Shown here in pieces: positions 1 to 11,885 of a stretch of 64,000 nucleotides of DNA. The position numbers and the translations under genes were made by a program. Under the pieces are notes generated by a model that worked only from the letters and a program-made list of their open reading frames with translations, had not been told where the DNA came from and did not search any database. The DNA comes from Macrostomum lignano (lineage: Eukaryota): the NCBI GenBank assembly GCA_002269645.1, contig NIVC01001971.1, forward strand, positions 153,291 through 217,290, in the 5' to 3' direction. Numbering within the stretch: the stretch's first letter is position 1; the number at the start of each line of letters is the position of its first letter.

Positions 1-240
1 GGACAGATCCTAAAAGGACAGATCTCCAGCTTCAGATCCTAAAAGGACAGATCCCCAGCTTCAGATCCTAAAAGGACAGATCCCCAGCTTCAGATCCTAA
101 AAGGACAGATCTCCAGCTTCAGATCCTAAAAGGACAGATCCCCAGCTTCAGATCCTAAAAGGACAGATCCCCAGCTTCAGATCCTAAAAGGACAGATCCC
201 CAGCTTCAGATCCTAAAAGGACAGATCCCCAGCTTCAGAC
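1..240. repeat. 29-bp minisatellite (CAGATCCTAAAAGGACAGATCCCCAGCTT), about 8 copies, truncated by window start; degenerate CAGATCC relics continue to about 480
   Basis: Unit recurs at 4, 33, 62... Confidence 0.95.
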
Positions 241-1283
241 CCGAAAACTCCAGATTCAAAGAAGAGTCTAGATTCTCAAATGAAAGATCCTCAAAATCCC
301 CAAACTTAAAATACTACAAGTTCAGATCCCTAAAGTTCAGATCCTCATCTTCAGGCCCTCTAAGCTCAGATCCCTTAAATTTCAGACCCTAAAGTTTAGA
401 TCATTAACTTCAGATCCTCAAGTTGGAATCCCCAAACTTTAGATCCTTTAAAGACAGATCCCTAAAGTCCAGATCACTAAACTATTTCATTATCTTACCA
501 CTTTAGTAGAGAAACTGAGCCAGTCAAAACAAACACCAACACGTACTCAAAAGATGGTCATAAAAGTAGAAATATTTGAATTTCTTATAAAGCCATAATA
601 AATTCCAGGTAAAACAGATTACCGGGTTGCAGAGATGAGTTCAAGTATTATGAAGGTAGTTTGAAGATAGCTAGCATTACATCATATCCTATTCTATTAG
701 AGTCATAATTTAAGTTTACGACAAAGTAATTCCTGTACTTTATATCCGCGTGGCCATAGACAACTTTTAAAACTTGAGGATACGACGACAGATTACAATT
801 ACAATATGATTATTATACAGATATTGCTATGAAAACCATGTTCTCTAATAAGACTAAATGCCATATTTGGAAGCTTCGAGGATTACGCAAGCTACTATTA
901 ATTCCACAAAAAATGATTTCGCATCGCATTCTAATTGAATGCCGGAAAACATTAAGGTACATTATGTAAAAAAAGATTAGTTTTGCGAGAACCAACTTTT
1001 GAAACTTAAACTTAAGACAAAAACTTTACAGCCAACGATTAAAACAGACAGACAAACAGTTTAAGAGGAAATTAACTTTTCACACCGGAAATCTTATCTA
1101 CTCTTTTTCAGTAGAAAAATTAGCGCTCTCATTTTACTTTATAATAGTAAATAATCTATTTAACTGTACAAGAATTAGCATTTTCCCTGTTTGAAGCTGC
1201 AAAAGAAAAGGGATGGCGCCCCAACCCCCAGCAAGGACGATAAACAGTTGACTTTCCTCTTGCCCGCTTGTGTCTGACTTTGG

Positions 1284-1511
1284 CCTCTCTCCTTACTGCT
1301 CTCTAATTGGCTGAGCTAGATTGGGCCTGCACCCTAGACTTGGTTTCGTCCGTCTGAATTCGACCTCTCTCCTTACTGCTCTCTGATTGGCTGAGCCAGA
1401 TTGGGCCTGTCCTCTAGACTGGGTTTCGTCCGTCTGAATTCGACCTCTCTCCTTACTGCTCTCTGATTGGCTGAGCTAGATTGGACCTGCACCCTAGGCT
1501 GAGTTTCGTCT
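1284..1511. repeat. Three tandem copies of an 80-bp unit containing ATTGG (CCAAT) motifs
   Basis: CCTCTCTCCTTACTGCT starts at 1284, 1364, 1444. Confidence 0.9.
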
Positions 1512-1841
1512 GTGTAGTTTCGAGTGCAGTTCTGTGGCAGGGGCTGTGCAGCTGCAGCGAACGGGGAGTCTCCACTTGATGGATTTGATCTTCAACTTGA
1601 CTGAAAAAGCAATACGCTCGTAAGTTTTCTTTCATACATTGGCTTTAACCTTTTTAAACTTTTTTGTTGGCAATTGAGATACTATTCGATCAAGTCGTCC
1701 TATATGGTCAAGAGAAGCAATAAAACTGCTACCTTGGGTTTAAATTTAACAATTAAAGTAATTATGAATAAAAACCGTTTACCAAAATGTTTGCAAAGGG
1801 TAGCAAAATACGCAAACGTAATCGGCGACTTTAGCATCTCT

Positions 1842-4800
1842 TTACGTGTCAGCCAAATGGAAGTCGCTGGGGTCCATCTCGCCATTTTTGCTAGCCCAAT
1901 GGCCGCGATTACAAGAGGCCAGCTCGTCGAACACGACCCGCTTACACTGGGCATAGTCGGCGCATTTCAATGCTCGCAAGCTGACACTGTTCAAGTCTAA
2001 ATATTCACCATCGGCTAATAATCTGCTTTGGATTCGAGCATTAATACGTTTGGCTACCGTCACCGAGGCTGATTGGTTGGCAATCTCTTCAGCCAGTTTG
2101 ACTATTCGCGACAAAGCGGCTCGCTTCGACAGTCTGGAGACTCCGCCACCGTCTAGACTGTCGGTGTCGGGCAGCTGGCGCTCAGCCGGGGTGACATTCT
2201 GCGATCGGCGAATATTTTTCTTACCCTGCGGCCCGTCAATCACTTCGGCTGTGCCGGCACTGCCGTCTACTGGCCGATACCAATTGATTGACAGCACGGC
2301 GGTGTCGGGATCGGTCGAGCCAAGGCGCAGAGGGTCGCTGGTGCGGCCCAGCCAGGGATCGGCCACGAGCTGGTAGGCTGGGGAGGCCAAGCGATGCCGG
2401 AGACGGGGCAGGCGGCAGAGGAAGCCGCGGGCCATGTTGGCGTGACTGTAGCGACCGGCCACGTCTACGGACTGGGGTCGGGGCGGGTGACAGACGTTTG
2501 TGAATGGACTGTAAAATTGGTGAATCTATTTGTGACCACTTGTGAACAGAATGGATATTTAGATGGTGAACAGAAGGGCTATTTGGTGAACAGAATGACT
2601 AGTTGGTGAACAGAATGGCTGCTTGGTGAACAGAATGGCTGCTTGGTGAACAGAATGGCTGCTTGGTGAACAGAATGGCTGCTTGGTGAACAGAATGGCT
2701 GCTTGGTGAACGGAATGGCTGCTTGGTGAACAGAATGGCTAGTTGGTGAACACAATAGCTACTTGGTGAACATAATAATAGCTAGTTGGTGAACCAATTG
2801 GTGAGTTTGCGAGTTGAAAACCTATGCAACCAACAAGGCAAAAGCAAACAAACTGACCTGCAGAAACACTGGCTCAATGAAATTCGCAAGCAGGCCGCCC
2901 TGCAGGCCAACATAGTTGCATAGCAGCAGCTTGTCGGAGCCGCAGTGCACAGCCAGACTGTTAGGATCTTCAGCCTCCTCTAAGCCGAATGTGCGCACCA
3001 TTGAGCAATCGTATTTTTCGTAGCAGGCCAGCGAACCGTAACGAGACAGGTCCGGCTCCAGGACGCCGCATCTAAGGAGCGAATTATGAGGAGTGTGGTA
3101 CTGTACTGAATAGGGATTTGTAAACAGCGGGATACTGAAATGGGGATTTTTACAGAGTGGGAACTGAAATAAGAATGGAAAACAATTTTTGATTTCAAAG
3201 ATTTGGAGTAAAATTGAGCATAGAAAGACGCCCTACTCACTTATCGCGAAGTAGTTCCTCTTGCGAGTGCCGTCCGAGCGGGTCGCCGCCAATCGCTCCG
3301 GCGGAGTCGCCGCCGCTGTCACCTGCGGAACAGTCGCCATCAGGCGGCGAGCTGAGCAGCAGGTGCAAAGCCAGGCCGGGTTTCAAGCGCAGCCGGTCGT
3401 CGCGATTATTTGGCTCCAACCAGCGGCCCTGGCCGGAGAAGTAGGCCGACACCTCCTGGGCTAAGCGAATGCGAAAGGCCCGCTTGGCGCACACAAAAGC
3501 GGTGCTGTCAATCACGAGCTCGCCGTAGGAGTTGTATATGTGCTCCAGCCAGTGATCGTTGACGCTGGAGCCCGTGCCCAGGGCGACCAGCTGCACTGCT
3601 GAGGATTTTTCAGGGTTTCAGTTCTACTGCACTTTGCTTTTATCTGGGATGTTTAGTCTGCGGATTTGGGATAGCGTGGCCCAGCAACTGAGGATCTGGG
3701 AGGCTGGCCCAGAAACTGAGGATCTGGGAGGTTGGCCCAGCAACTGAGGATCTGGGAGGCTGGCCCAGCAACTGAGGATCTGGGAGGCTGGCCCAGCAAA
3801 TGAGGATCTGGGAGGCTGGCCCAGCAACTGAGGATCTGGGAGGCTGGCCCAGAAACTGTGGATCTGGGAGGCTGGCCCAGCAAATGAGGATCTAGGCTGG
3901 CCCAGCAACTGGGGATCTGGGAGGGTGGCCCAGTAACTGGGGATCTGGAAGGCTGGCCCAGCAACTAAGGATCTGGGAGGCTGGCCCAGCAACTAAGGAT
4001 CTGGGAGGCTGGCCCAGCAACTGAGGATCTGGGAGGCTGGCCAAGCAACTGAGGATCTGGGAGGCTGGCCCAGCAACTGAGGATCTGGGAGGCTGGCCCA
4101 GCAACTAAGGATCTGGGAGGGTGGCCCAGCAACTAAGGATCTGGGAGGCTGGCCAAGCAACTGAGGATCTGGGAGGCTAACCCAGCAACTGTGGATCTGG
4201 GAGGCTGGCCCAGCAACTGAGGATCTGGGAGGCTGGCCCAGCAACTGAGGATCTTGGAGGCTGGCCAAGCAACTGAGGATCTGGGAGGCTAACCCAGCAA
4301 CTGTGGATCTGGGAGGCTGGCCCACAGTGGTGTGATTGGAAAGTTTTCCAAATTTCGCGCCGACTGAAAATTTTCGCGCCATGCCAATAATATTCTACTG
4401 ACAGCCAAATAAGTCAATTGATGACACTTTTGAAGATGCGTCTGGCTACCAATTAGCATGTCTCTTAAGTCACAGCCGTGTCCCCCCTGAACTTCTTGTT
4501 GGCGATGTCTGCAGACAGACGACTGCTCGTGCTGGTGATTGACGACGTTGACAGCAGCTCAGCAGCCTTGCGCTTTAAGACGAGCTCAGCTAGCTTCCCT
4601 GCCTTCTTCTGTTTCTTCTTCTGCACATTCTGCTGCTAACGCCTGAGATTGAACTCAGTTTGTTAGATTAATCTCCTAAGCTATGACATTCTTGTATTTC
4701 ATACTGTCTGACAAGAGAGTAAGTGTAAAAAGCAGAAAATAAGAATGCAATTTTCGCGCCCATGGTTCCACAAAATTTCGCGCCAGACCCCCAGGATTCG

Positions 4801-7800
4801 CGCATTCGCGCCATTTTCGCGCCTGGCGCGAATTCGCGCCTGAATCACACCACTGCTGGCCCAGCAACTGAGGATCTGGGAGGCTGGCCAAGCAACTGAG
4901 GATCTGGGAGGCTAACCCAGCAACTGGGGATCTGAGAGGCAGGCCCAGCAACTGGGGATCTGGGAGGCTGGCCCAGCAACTGAGGATCTGGGAGGCTGGC
5001 CCAGCAACTGAGGATCTGGGAGGCTGGCCCAGCAACTAAGGATCTGGGAGGCTGGCCCAGAAACTGTGGATCTGGGAGGGTGGCCCAGCAACTAAGGATC
5101 TGGGAGGGTGGCCCAGCAACTAAGGATCTGGGAGGCTGGCCAAGCAACTGAGGATCTGGGAGGCTGGCCCAGCAACTGTGGATCTGGGAGGCTGGCCCAG
5201 CAACTGAGGATCTGGGAGGCTGGCCCAGCAACTGAGGATCTGGGAGGCTGGCCCAGAAACTGTGGATCTGGGAGGCTGGCCCAGCAACTGAGGATCTGGG
5301 AGGCTGGCCCAGCAACTAAGGATCTGGGAGGCTGGCCCAGAAACTGTGGATCTGGGAGGGTGGCCCAGCAACTAAGGATCTGGGAGGGTGGCCCAGCAAC
5401 TAAGGATCTGGGAGGCTGGCCAAGCAACTGAGGATCTGGGAGGCTAACCCAGCAACTGTGGATCTGGGAGGCTGGCCCAGCAACTGAGGATCTGGGAGGC
5501 TGGCCCAGCAACTGAGGATCTTGGAGGCTGGCCAAGCAACTGAGGATCTGGGAGGCTAACCCAGCAACTGTGGATCTGGGAGGCTGGCCCAGCAACTGAG
5601 GATCTGGGAGGCTGGCCAAGCAACTGAGGATCTGGGAGGCTAACCCAGCAACTGGGGATCTGAGAGGCAGGCCCAGCAACTGGGGATCTGGGAGGCTGGC
5701 CCAGCAACTGAGGATCTGGGAGGCTGGCAGTGGTGGCCTTGCAAGTAGGAATCTGAGAGGGTTCTAAGAAGGCATCTGGTAAACAGACTCTATAAGCATG
5801 GCAATACCCACGGTAAAAGTGGAACCTTAAACTAAAAAGCGACTCACTAGGCTCCGACTGTGGCAATCGCGAATCGGACAAGAATATCGCGGCCACTTTG
5901 TCGACGCCGCCAATTTTGACATCACGAAGCAGAGCGTCCAGCTGCTTCTTGCACTGATCGGCGTAGCGATCGCCAGGGAGAGCGCCAGAGGCGGCCTGCG
6001 CGGTCATTGAGACCAAGGACGCGGCCGGAGAGGCCGAGCGATCCGCGTAGCCGCCGCCGCCGCCGCCGCCGCCGCTGCCACGGGCGATGACATTCAAAGC
6101 TAGCCTGGCTGCCTCCTCCTTGGCCTTCTGCTTGGACTTGGCCTCGCCCGCTTCGTACTCGCTTGGCACTCCGTCAATTGTTAAAATAGCTAAATAGGCA
6201 AAATTTCCGCCCACCTGAACAGTTGTAGGGTTTGGGTAGGCCAGTGTGAAGGAACGCGGAGAGCTGCGAGATATGCGGGAATTCGGGGAAAGGAATGCGG
6301 GACTTTGGGGGAAAGGAATGCGGGACTTTGGGGGAAAGGAATGCGGGACTTCAGGGAAAAGGAATGCGGGACTTTGGGGGAAAGGAATGCGGGACTTTGG
6401 GGGAAAGGAATGCGGGACTTTGGGGGAAAGGAATGCGGGACTTTGGGGGAAAGGAATGCGGGACTTTGGGGAAAGGAATGCGGGACTTTGGGGGAAAGGA
6501 ATGCGGGACTTTGGGGGAAAGGAATGCGGGACTTTGGGGGAAAGGAATGCGGGACTTTGGGGGAAAGGAATGCGGGACTTTGGGGGAAAGGAATGCGGGA
6601 CTTTGGGGGAAAGGAATGCGGGACTTTGGGGGAAAGGAATGCGGGACTTTGGGGGAAAGGAATGCGGGACTTTGGGGGAAAGGAATGCGGGACTTTGGGG
6701 GAAAGGAATGTGGGACTTCGGGAAAAGGAATGTGGGACTTCGGGGGAAAGGAATGTGGGACTTCGGGAAAAGGAATGCGGGACTTCAGGCTCAGGGAAAG
6801 GAATGTGGAAATCGGAGGAAAGGGATGGGAGACTACAGGGAAAAGGGAATACGGGACTTCAGGCTCGGGAAAAGGAGATCCGGGACTTTGGGGAAAGAGG
6901 GATGTGGAACTTCGGGGAAAAGGAATGCGGGACTTCAGGGAAAAGGAATGCGGGACTTCAGGGAAAAGGAATGCGGGACTTCAGGGAAAAGGAATGCGGG
7001 ACTTCAGGGAAAAGGAATGTAGGACTTCAAGATTGGGGAAAAGGAGATCCTAAACTTTGGGGAAAGGGGGATGCGGAACTTCGGGGAAATGGGGGGGGGC
7101 GGCGTAACTTCGGGAAAAGGGGATTGCGGGACTTCGGGAAAAGGGGATTGCGGGACTTCGGGGAAAACGGGGATGTGGGACTTCAGGGAAAACGAGGATG
7201 TGGAACTTCAGGGAAATGGGAAACGGGCCCAGAATTGGGAATGGGAAGCGCAGCAGAAATACATTAATTAAACAAAGAATTAAAACAGCATACCCTAGGC
7301 GCCGTAGGCCTATACTCAATGCTGCCTCGCATGGCAACCGTATACTCATTAAGAATCTGATGCGGCAATTTCTGCGATCTGCCATTAATAAAGGTGCGCA
7401 GCATCTCCTGAGCAGAATCCGATTTGGCCACATTGGCGTACCGAGGCATGCCGTGGGCCCGGTCGGTGGCATCCAGGCTCGGCATTAGGCGCACATTTCC
7501 TGACCGCTCCGATTGGGTGCGGCGATCGATGTACGGCTCCTGACTAGCGGCAGCAGGGCCAGGAGCAGCGGCAAACCCAGATGGAGCCGGCGCGACCTGA
7601 CTATACTGCACCGGTTGCGGCTGCCTCTGCTGACTAGCCAGTCTGTCTCCAGCCTCGCCGCCAAGCGCAGGAAAATCGCCATCGTCAGCTTGAAACTCTT
7701 GAGCCGGTTGGTTCGGCGCCAATAAGCCGAGACTCTGCATCCGACTGCTCAGCGTCACGTGCGAATTCATTGGCAAGTTGAACACTTTTTTAATATGATT

Positions 7801-7911
7801 TTTTGATCCCAAATGCGCCTCGTACTGCGGCCAGGCCGGTATCTGGCCGGATCGGCATACCTGGCACATGTAGGGCGGACCCTCGGATTGCAGCATGTCC
7901 TGGGTAGGCAT
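1842..7911 (-). CDS. ADAR/ADAD-like protein, about 727 aa: C2H2 (JAZ/U1-type) zinc finger, one dsRBD, catalytically inactive adenosine deaminase domain
   Basis: Exons 7911-7294, 6214-5848, 3595-3241, 3071-2858, 2471-1842; GT-AG introns with matching phases (0,1,2,0), total 2184 nt. Motifs: CQVC..HLGSKNH; dsRBD (HQILNEY...AKSKQKAKEEAARLAL); LVALGTG, IDSTAF, LHLLLSSPPDGD, GSDKLLLCNYVGLQGGLLANFIEPVFL, SINW, SRLSK, YAQCK, HWASK align with ADAR2-type deaminase blocks. Start codon assumed. Confidence 0.9.
2580..2795. repeat. 20-bp minisatellite (TTGGTGAACAGAATGGCTGC) in ADAR-like intron 4
   Basis: Period 20 visible from 2604 onward. Confidence 0.9.
3678..5728. repeat. 28-bp minisatellite (GAGGATCTGGGAGGCTGGCCCAGCAACT) in ADAR-like intron 2, interrupted by a MITE
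   Basis: Period 28 (3691, 3719...); explains the spurious LGQPPRS ORFs. Confidence 0.95.
4325..4855. mobile_element. Non-autonomous hAT-type DNA transposon (MITE), 531 bp
   Basis: 13-bp TIR CAGTGGTGTGATT / AATCACACCACTG; 8-bp TSD CTGGCCCA at 4317-4324 and 4856-4863; subterminal TTCGCGCC repeats at both ends; 8-bp TSD with CAG ends is typical of hAT. Confidence 0.9.
6285..7215. repeat. 23-bp G-rich minisatellite (GGGACTTTGGGGGAAAGGAATGC) in ADAR-like intron 1, degenerating toward 7200
   Basis: 23-aa periodic ORFs equal 3 x 23 nt. Confidence 0.95.
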
Positions 7912-8869
7912 TTCTTTATGCTGGCAATTGATCTGCCGATACAAATACAATAATATTACTGTAAGTAGTGCGATTTCAACCGAAACTGATCAGTGGCATA
8001 AAAATTAAAATTAATTCACTGATGCAAAATTTTAATAGAGAAAATTGATACACGTTATAAGCAAAGCCATTGCAATCACCCTAGAATGGAAAGAAAGCAT
8101 TTTTCATAAATTCAACTTGACAGTTGAAGTGTATGACTAGCTATAAAACTCAGTCTCACCCACAGAGAATAAGGCAACCACTGTTTAAAGCTTATGGTTT
8201 TATAAACTCTAAATTCAAAAAAATGATTAACTAAAAATACAAAAATTATAATAGATAGGAAAATAAGTATGTAAAATTAATATTACCAAAATATAATAAC
8301 CAATTAGAATTTAATATCCTAGACCCTATTTAATAAAGAGTATAAAAAGATACTTATGATTTTCTATTAGCTTTCATTTTTCTTAATTTCCATAATTGAA
8401 ATCAACTTGTAATAATATTCAATGACATTTATCAGCCTGTCATTCACTAAATACAGCTAATAAAATGATACAATTAATGAACATTAAAAGCCTCAAATTT
8501 TTAATAAGTTTTAATATGAGTATTTTCACTTTCATTTCAGGGGGCTAAAGCTCTAAAGTCCCTAGCATTGGGGATTTAAACAACAGAGTTTCAACACCAT
8601 GTGCACATTGGGGTTGGGTGGTGGGGCTAAAGTTAAAATGAATGTTATTGCTTTCAATGTGAAGGGAGCTCTCAAGTCCCTAGAATTGGGAACTCAAGCA
8701 ACAAAGACAGAAATGTTTGACACTACATTTAGAGATTGCTAGATTACAAATGAGGCTTCTTGGAAATCAACTGTTGAGTAGGCTATCAGCCTCAAAGAAG
8801 ATCTTGCATGGTAATAATTGGAGACTTTTTTACTTTAGTTACTTAAACAATGAGAAAATATGTCAGGAG

Positions 8870-9000
8870 AGAGAAGAGAGAAGGAAGAGAGGAGAGGAAG
8901 AAAGAAGACAGAGAAAGAAGAGAGAAAGGGAAAATAAGAGAGGATTAGAGGGGATAGAAGGAAAGAGAGAGAGAAGAGAAAATGAGGCAGAAAAGGAGAA
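8870..9000. repeat. GA-rich low-complexity tract
   Basis: Almost purely purine sequence. Confidence 0.8.
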
Positions 9001-11025
9001 TCTCACCATTAGCCTGTGCAATCTCTGCAGCTTGAGCAGCAGCATTTTGTATAGCAGCTCAGGGTAGAAGGCCTCCAACTCCAGCCAGATGACATAGCTA
9101 ACTAGTCAAAGTTGTCGCCCATACAGTAGGTCAAAGACTGCATCAAGTGTGGCCTTGTATAGAGTCCTACTCTCAAATCTTACATATACATAAAAATTTT
9201 GACCTGAAAATATGCTTGGCATATAATATTTGGCATGCTACAATTGCTGCGCCACACTAAATTTGGGTGCCACTGTGCCAATGTATGGCATAGCCATAGT
9301 TGCAAACAAAAAAATACTTTTTAAAATACACTTCTTGTAATTTTTTTAAAAACTAACCAAAAACAAGAAGCACTATACAATGATTACTTTATTCACTTAC
9401 TATACTATAGGTTTGATATTGGCAATCCTCTACTTATGCACATTTAATTATTTTTGGAATTTTTAACTAATTTTGAACAAAGTTTTAAGTTGAACAAAGT
9501 CAATGTGGTCAAAGTTTGAACAAAGTTGTAGTCTAAAAAGTTTCACAATTTAGGGTTAAGGTTAGGGTTAGGATTAGCAATCTCTTAGAATGCCAGTCCT
9601 TCCTACCTTAGTCCCTTTTTAAAAAATGGAGCAATTGCAGAACATTGTTATTTTTTTTAAAAATAGCCCCCTAATTAAATGTGCAAAACATAGGCATAGG
9701 AATGTTTCAAAAAGCACAAGGCACACACCCCTGTCAAGTTAGATTTTTTATATGGAAAATGCACATTATCATATACCAATTATTTTCAGAATCCTTGTTA
9801 GTACCCATTTTATAAAGTGCCACAAGCACTCATTTTGGCGCTGCAGGCACTTATTTTAGTGCTGCAGGCATTCATTTTGGTGCTGCAGGCGCTACGTTTT
9901 GTTGCCCTAAAGCAAAATACATTTATGCAAAGTAGCAAAAACCAAAAAAGGAAGAAGTCTATATTTTACATTTAAAATATAGAGGGGCCAGCCTTGGCCA
10001 GATACCATTACTGGCCCCCTCATTTTAAAAAGTGAAAGGGCTGTGGCCCCATTGGCCCCCTGTTCCTACACTGGCATTCTTTCATTTTATAATCACCTAG
10101 CACTGACCCTATGGGAGTCGGGACTTTTGTTATACGATCCCAGCCCATAGAGAACAGAAAATTGCTCTTAAAATCAAATTTCAAAATGGGACCACTTTTA
10201 AGCATATCATTTTTAAAACATAAAATCTAGTGTCTTATAGAAGTTAGAAGCTAGTCACTTTCACTTTCGTTATGTACTAGTGCTATGCCTTTATAATAGT
10301 ATACTCGAATGTTCTTTCAATGTAATAACGGTATATTCGAATCTTTCTTAGAAACTGAATCTATGCGAACGCCAAATAATAGTTTGTTTTAATGCGCGAA
10401 ATAAATTGGAGAATTATTTTTTGTTTTAATCGTATGGGGGGGAAATCACTATATATAGGAGCGGTTTTGCGACAAATATACTCCAACTGTCTTTTACCCG
10501 TGAGCAAATAATTGCGAACAGAATAAGCAGTTCAATCTAAACCATTTCAAAGTCTTTGAGCTAAATAGCGACTTATTCATTTGCAAAACCTATGAAACGA
10601 TTCTAAGAAATTTGCTAAGAGAAGGGAATTGGGACTAATTCCTGGAGATATACTAAGAGAGGCGCCGTGACCCTCTAGTCTCGGTGAACGCCCGATTAGG
10701 ACTATTCACTAATACATATATCAGTACTAGACCGCTCAGGCCATAAGCTACCAGAACGCTACCAGAAAGCAGGCCATAAGCTACCAGAACGCTACCAGAA
10801 ACGCTACGCTACCCAGAAATATTTAAATGAAATTCTAAGAAATAGTTAGGGAGTAAAAACAAGTATAATCAGGATAACTGTAGTTGGCAAACAGAAATAT
10901 CCCCTGTTACAACTTGGTGGCAATAGAGGGATAATTTGTAGGGACAGAAGTAAGCCTTGTCACAACTTTGGTTACAGCGGTAGGATTTTGTACCGTACGG
11001 GAATACCCCTATGACAGTTAGGCCT

Positions 11026-11885
11026 ATATGATCATTTAAATGGTAAATTTATATATAGGCCTAGATGATTGCAAGACAAAACTAAAAGAGCTTGTAGGTT
11101 TTGAATTATGATCACACTAGTAGTAGATTTGTATTTGAGAGATTGTAAAACAAAATTGACTGGATTACTGTCCTAAATTGAAATTGTCACTGTAGAGCAC
11201 TGAAATGTAGGCATACCTAGTATATTTATGGAAGGGTGTAGCTTATATTCACTTTCGTCATATGATCATTTAAATGGTGAAATTATAAGTACATGATTGC
11301 AAGATGAAACCAAAAGAGCTTATAGATTTTGACTTACAATCACACAAATAGTAAAATTGTATTAGAGAGATTGTATGACAAAATGGTAGGAAATTGTTGC
11401 TATAATGGATATTTCAATCAAACAATCAATTGTAGCCTCTAATATGTCTGCAAACATTAAATTATAAGATTCATTATAAGATTCGCAAGCATTGCTTTCT
11501 TCCCTTACTTTTGTCATACAATCATCCCTTGGTATAACACATAGGTCCAATGAACTAGGGGGATCGTATAATGAAAGTGAGTGGGGGCTAGGGGCGGCGT
11601 TTGTAAATCTTATAATGAATACAATTTCATTCTTGAACTGCTCCAAAGACTAGCTGTTAAATGTAGACTGGGACTCTATGTCTACAGAATGACGATGATC
11701 ACTTAATATAGCAATTTAGGAAATAGTAATCTATTCACTTTTGTCATATGATCTTTCTAATGCAATTCTACTAATTCAGTGATCATAATTCAAAACCTAC
11801 AAGCTCTTTCAGTTTTGTCTTGTGATCATCTACATATAATTTCACCATTTAAATGATTGTATGACAAAAATGAATATAAGCTACA
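11026..11885. mobile_element. Degenerate foldback/MITE-like element with about 90-100-bp inverted and direct repeats
   Basis: 11026-11113 and 11237-11345 are direct copies; 11781-11885 is their reverse complement; no TSD identified. Confidence 0.55.

Noticed and set aside
3559-7271. Many periodic ORFs (LGQPPRS, GKECGT)
   Set aside because: Translations of intronic minisatellites; the same applies to ORFs at 21.4-23.2, 42.7-43.9, 48.6-49.3, 52.2-53.0 and 61.2-61.8 kb
9550-9578. TTAGGG-like units
   Set aside because: Only about four imperfect units; no evidence of an interstitial telomere
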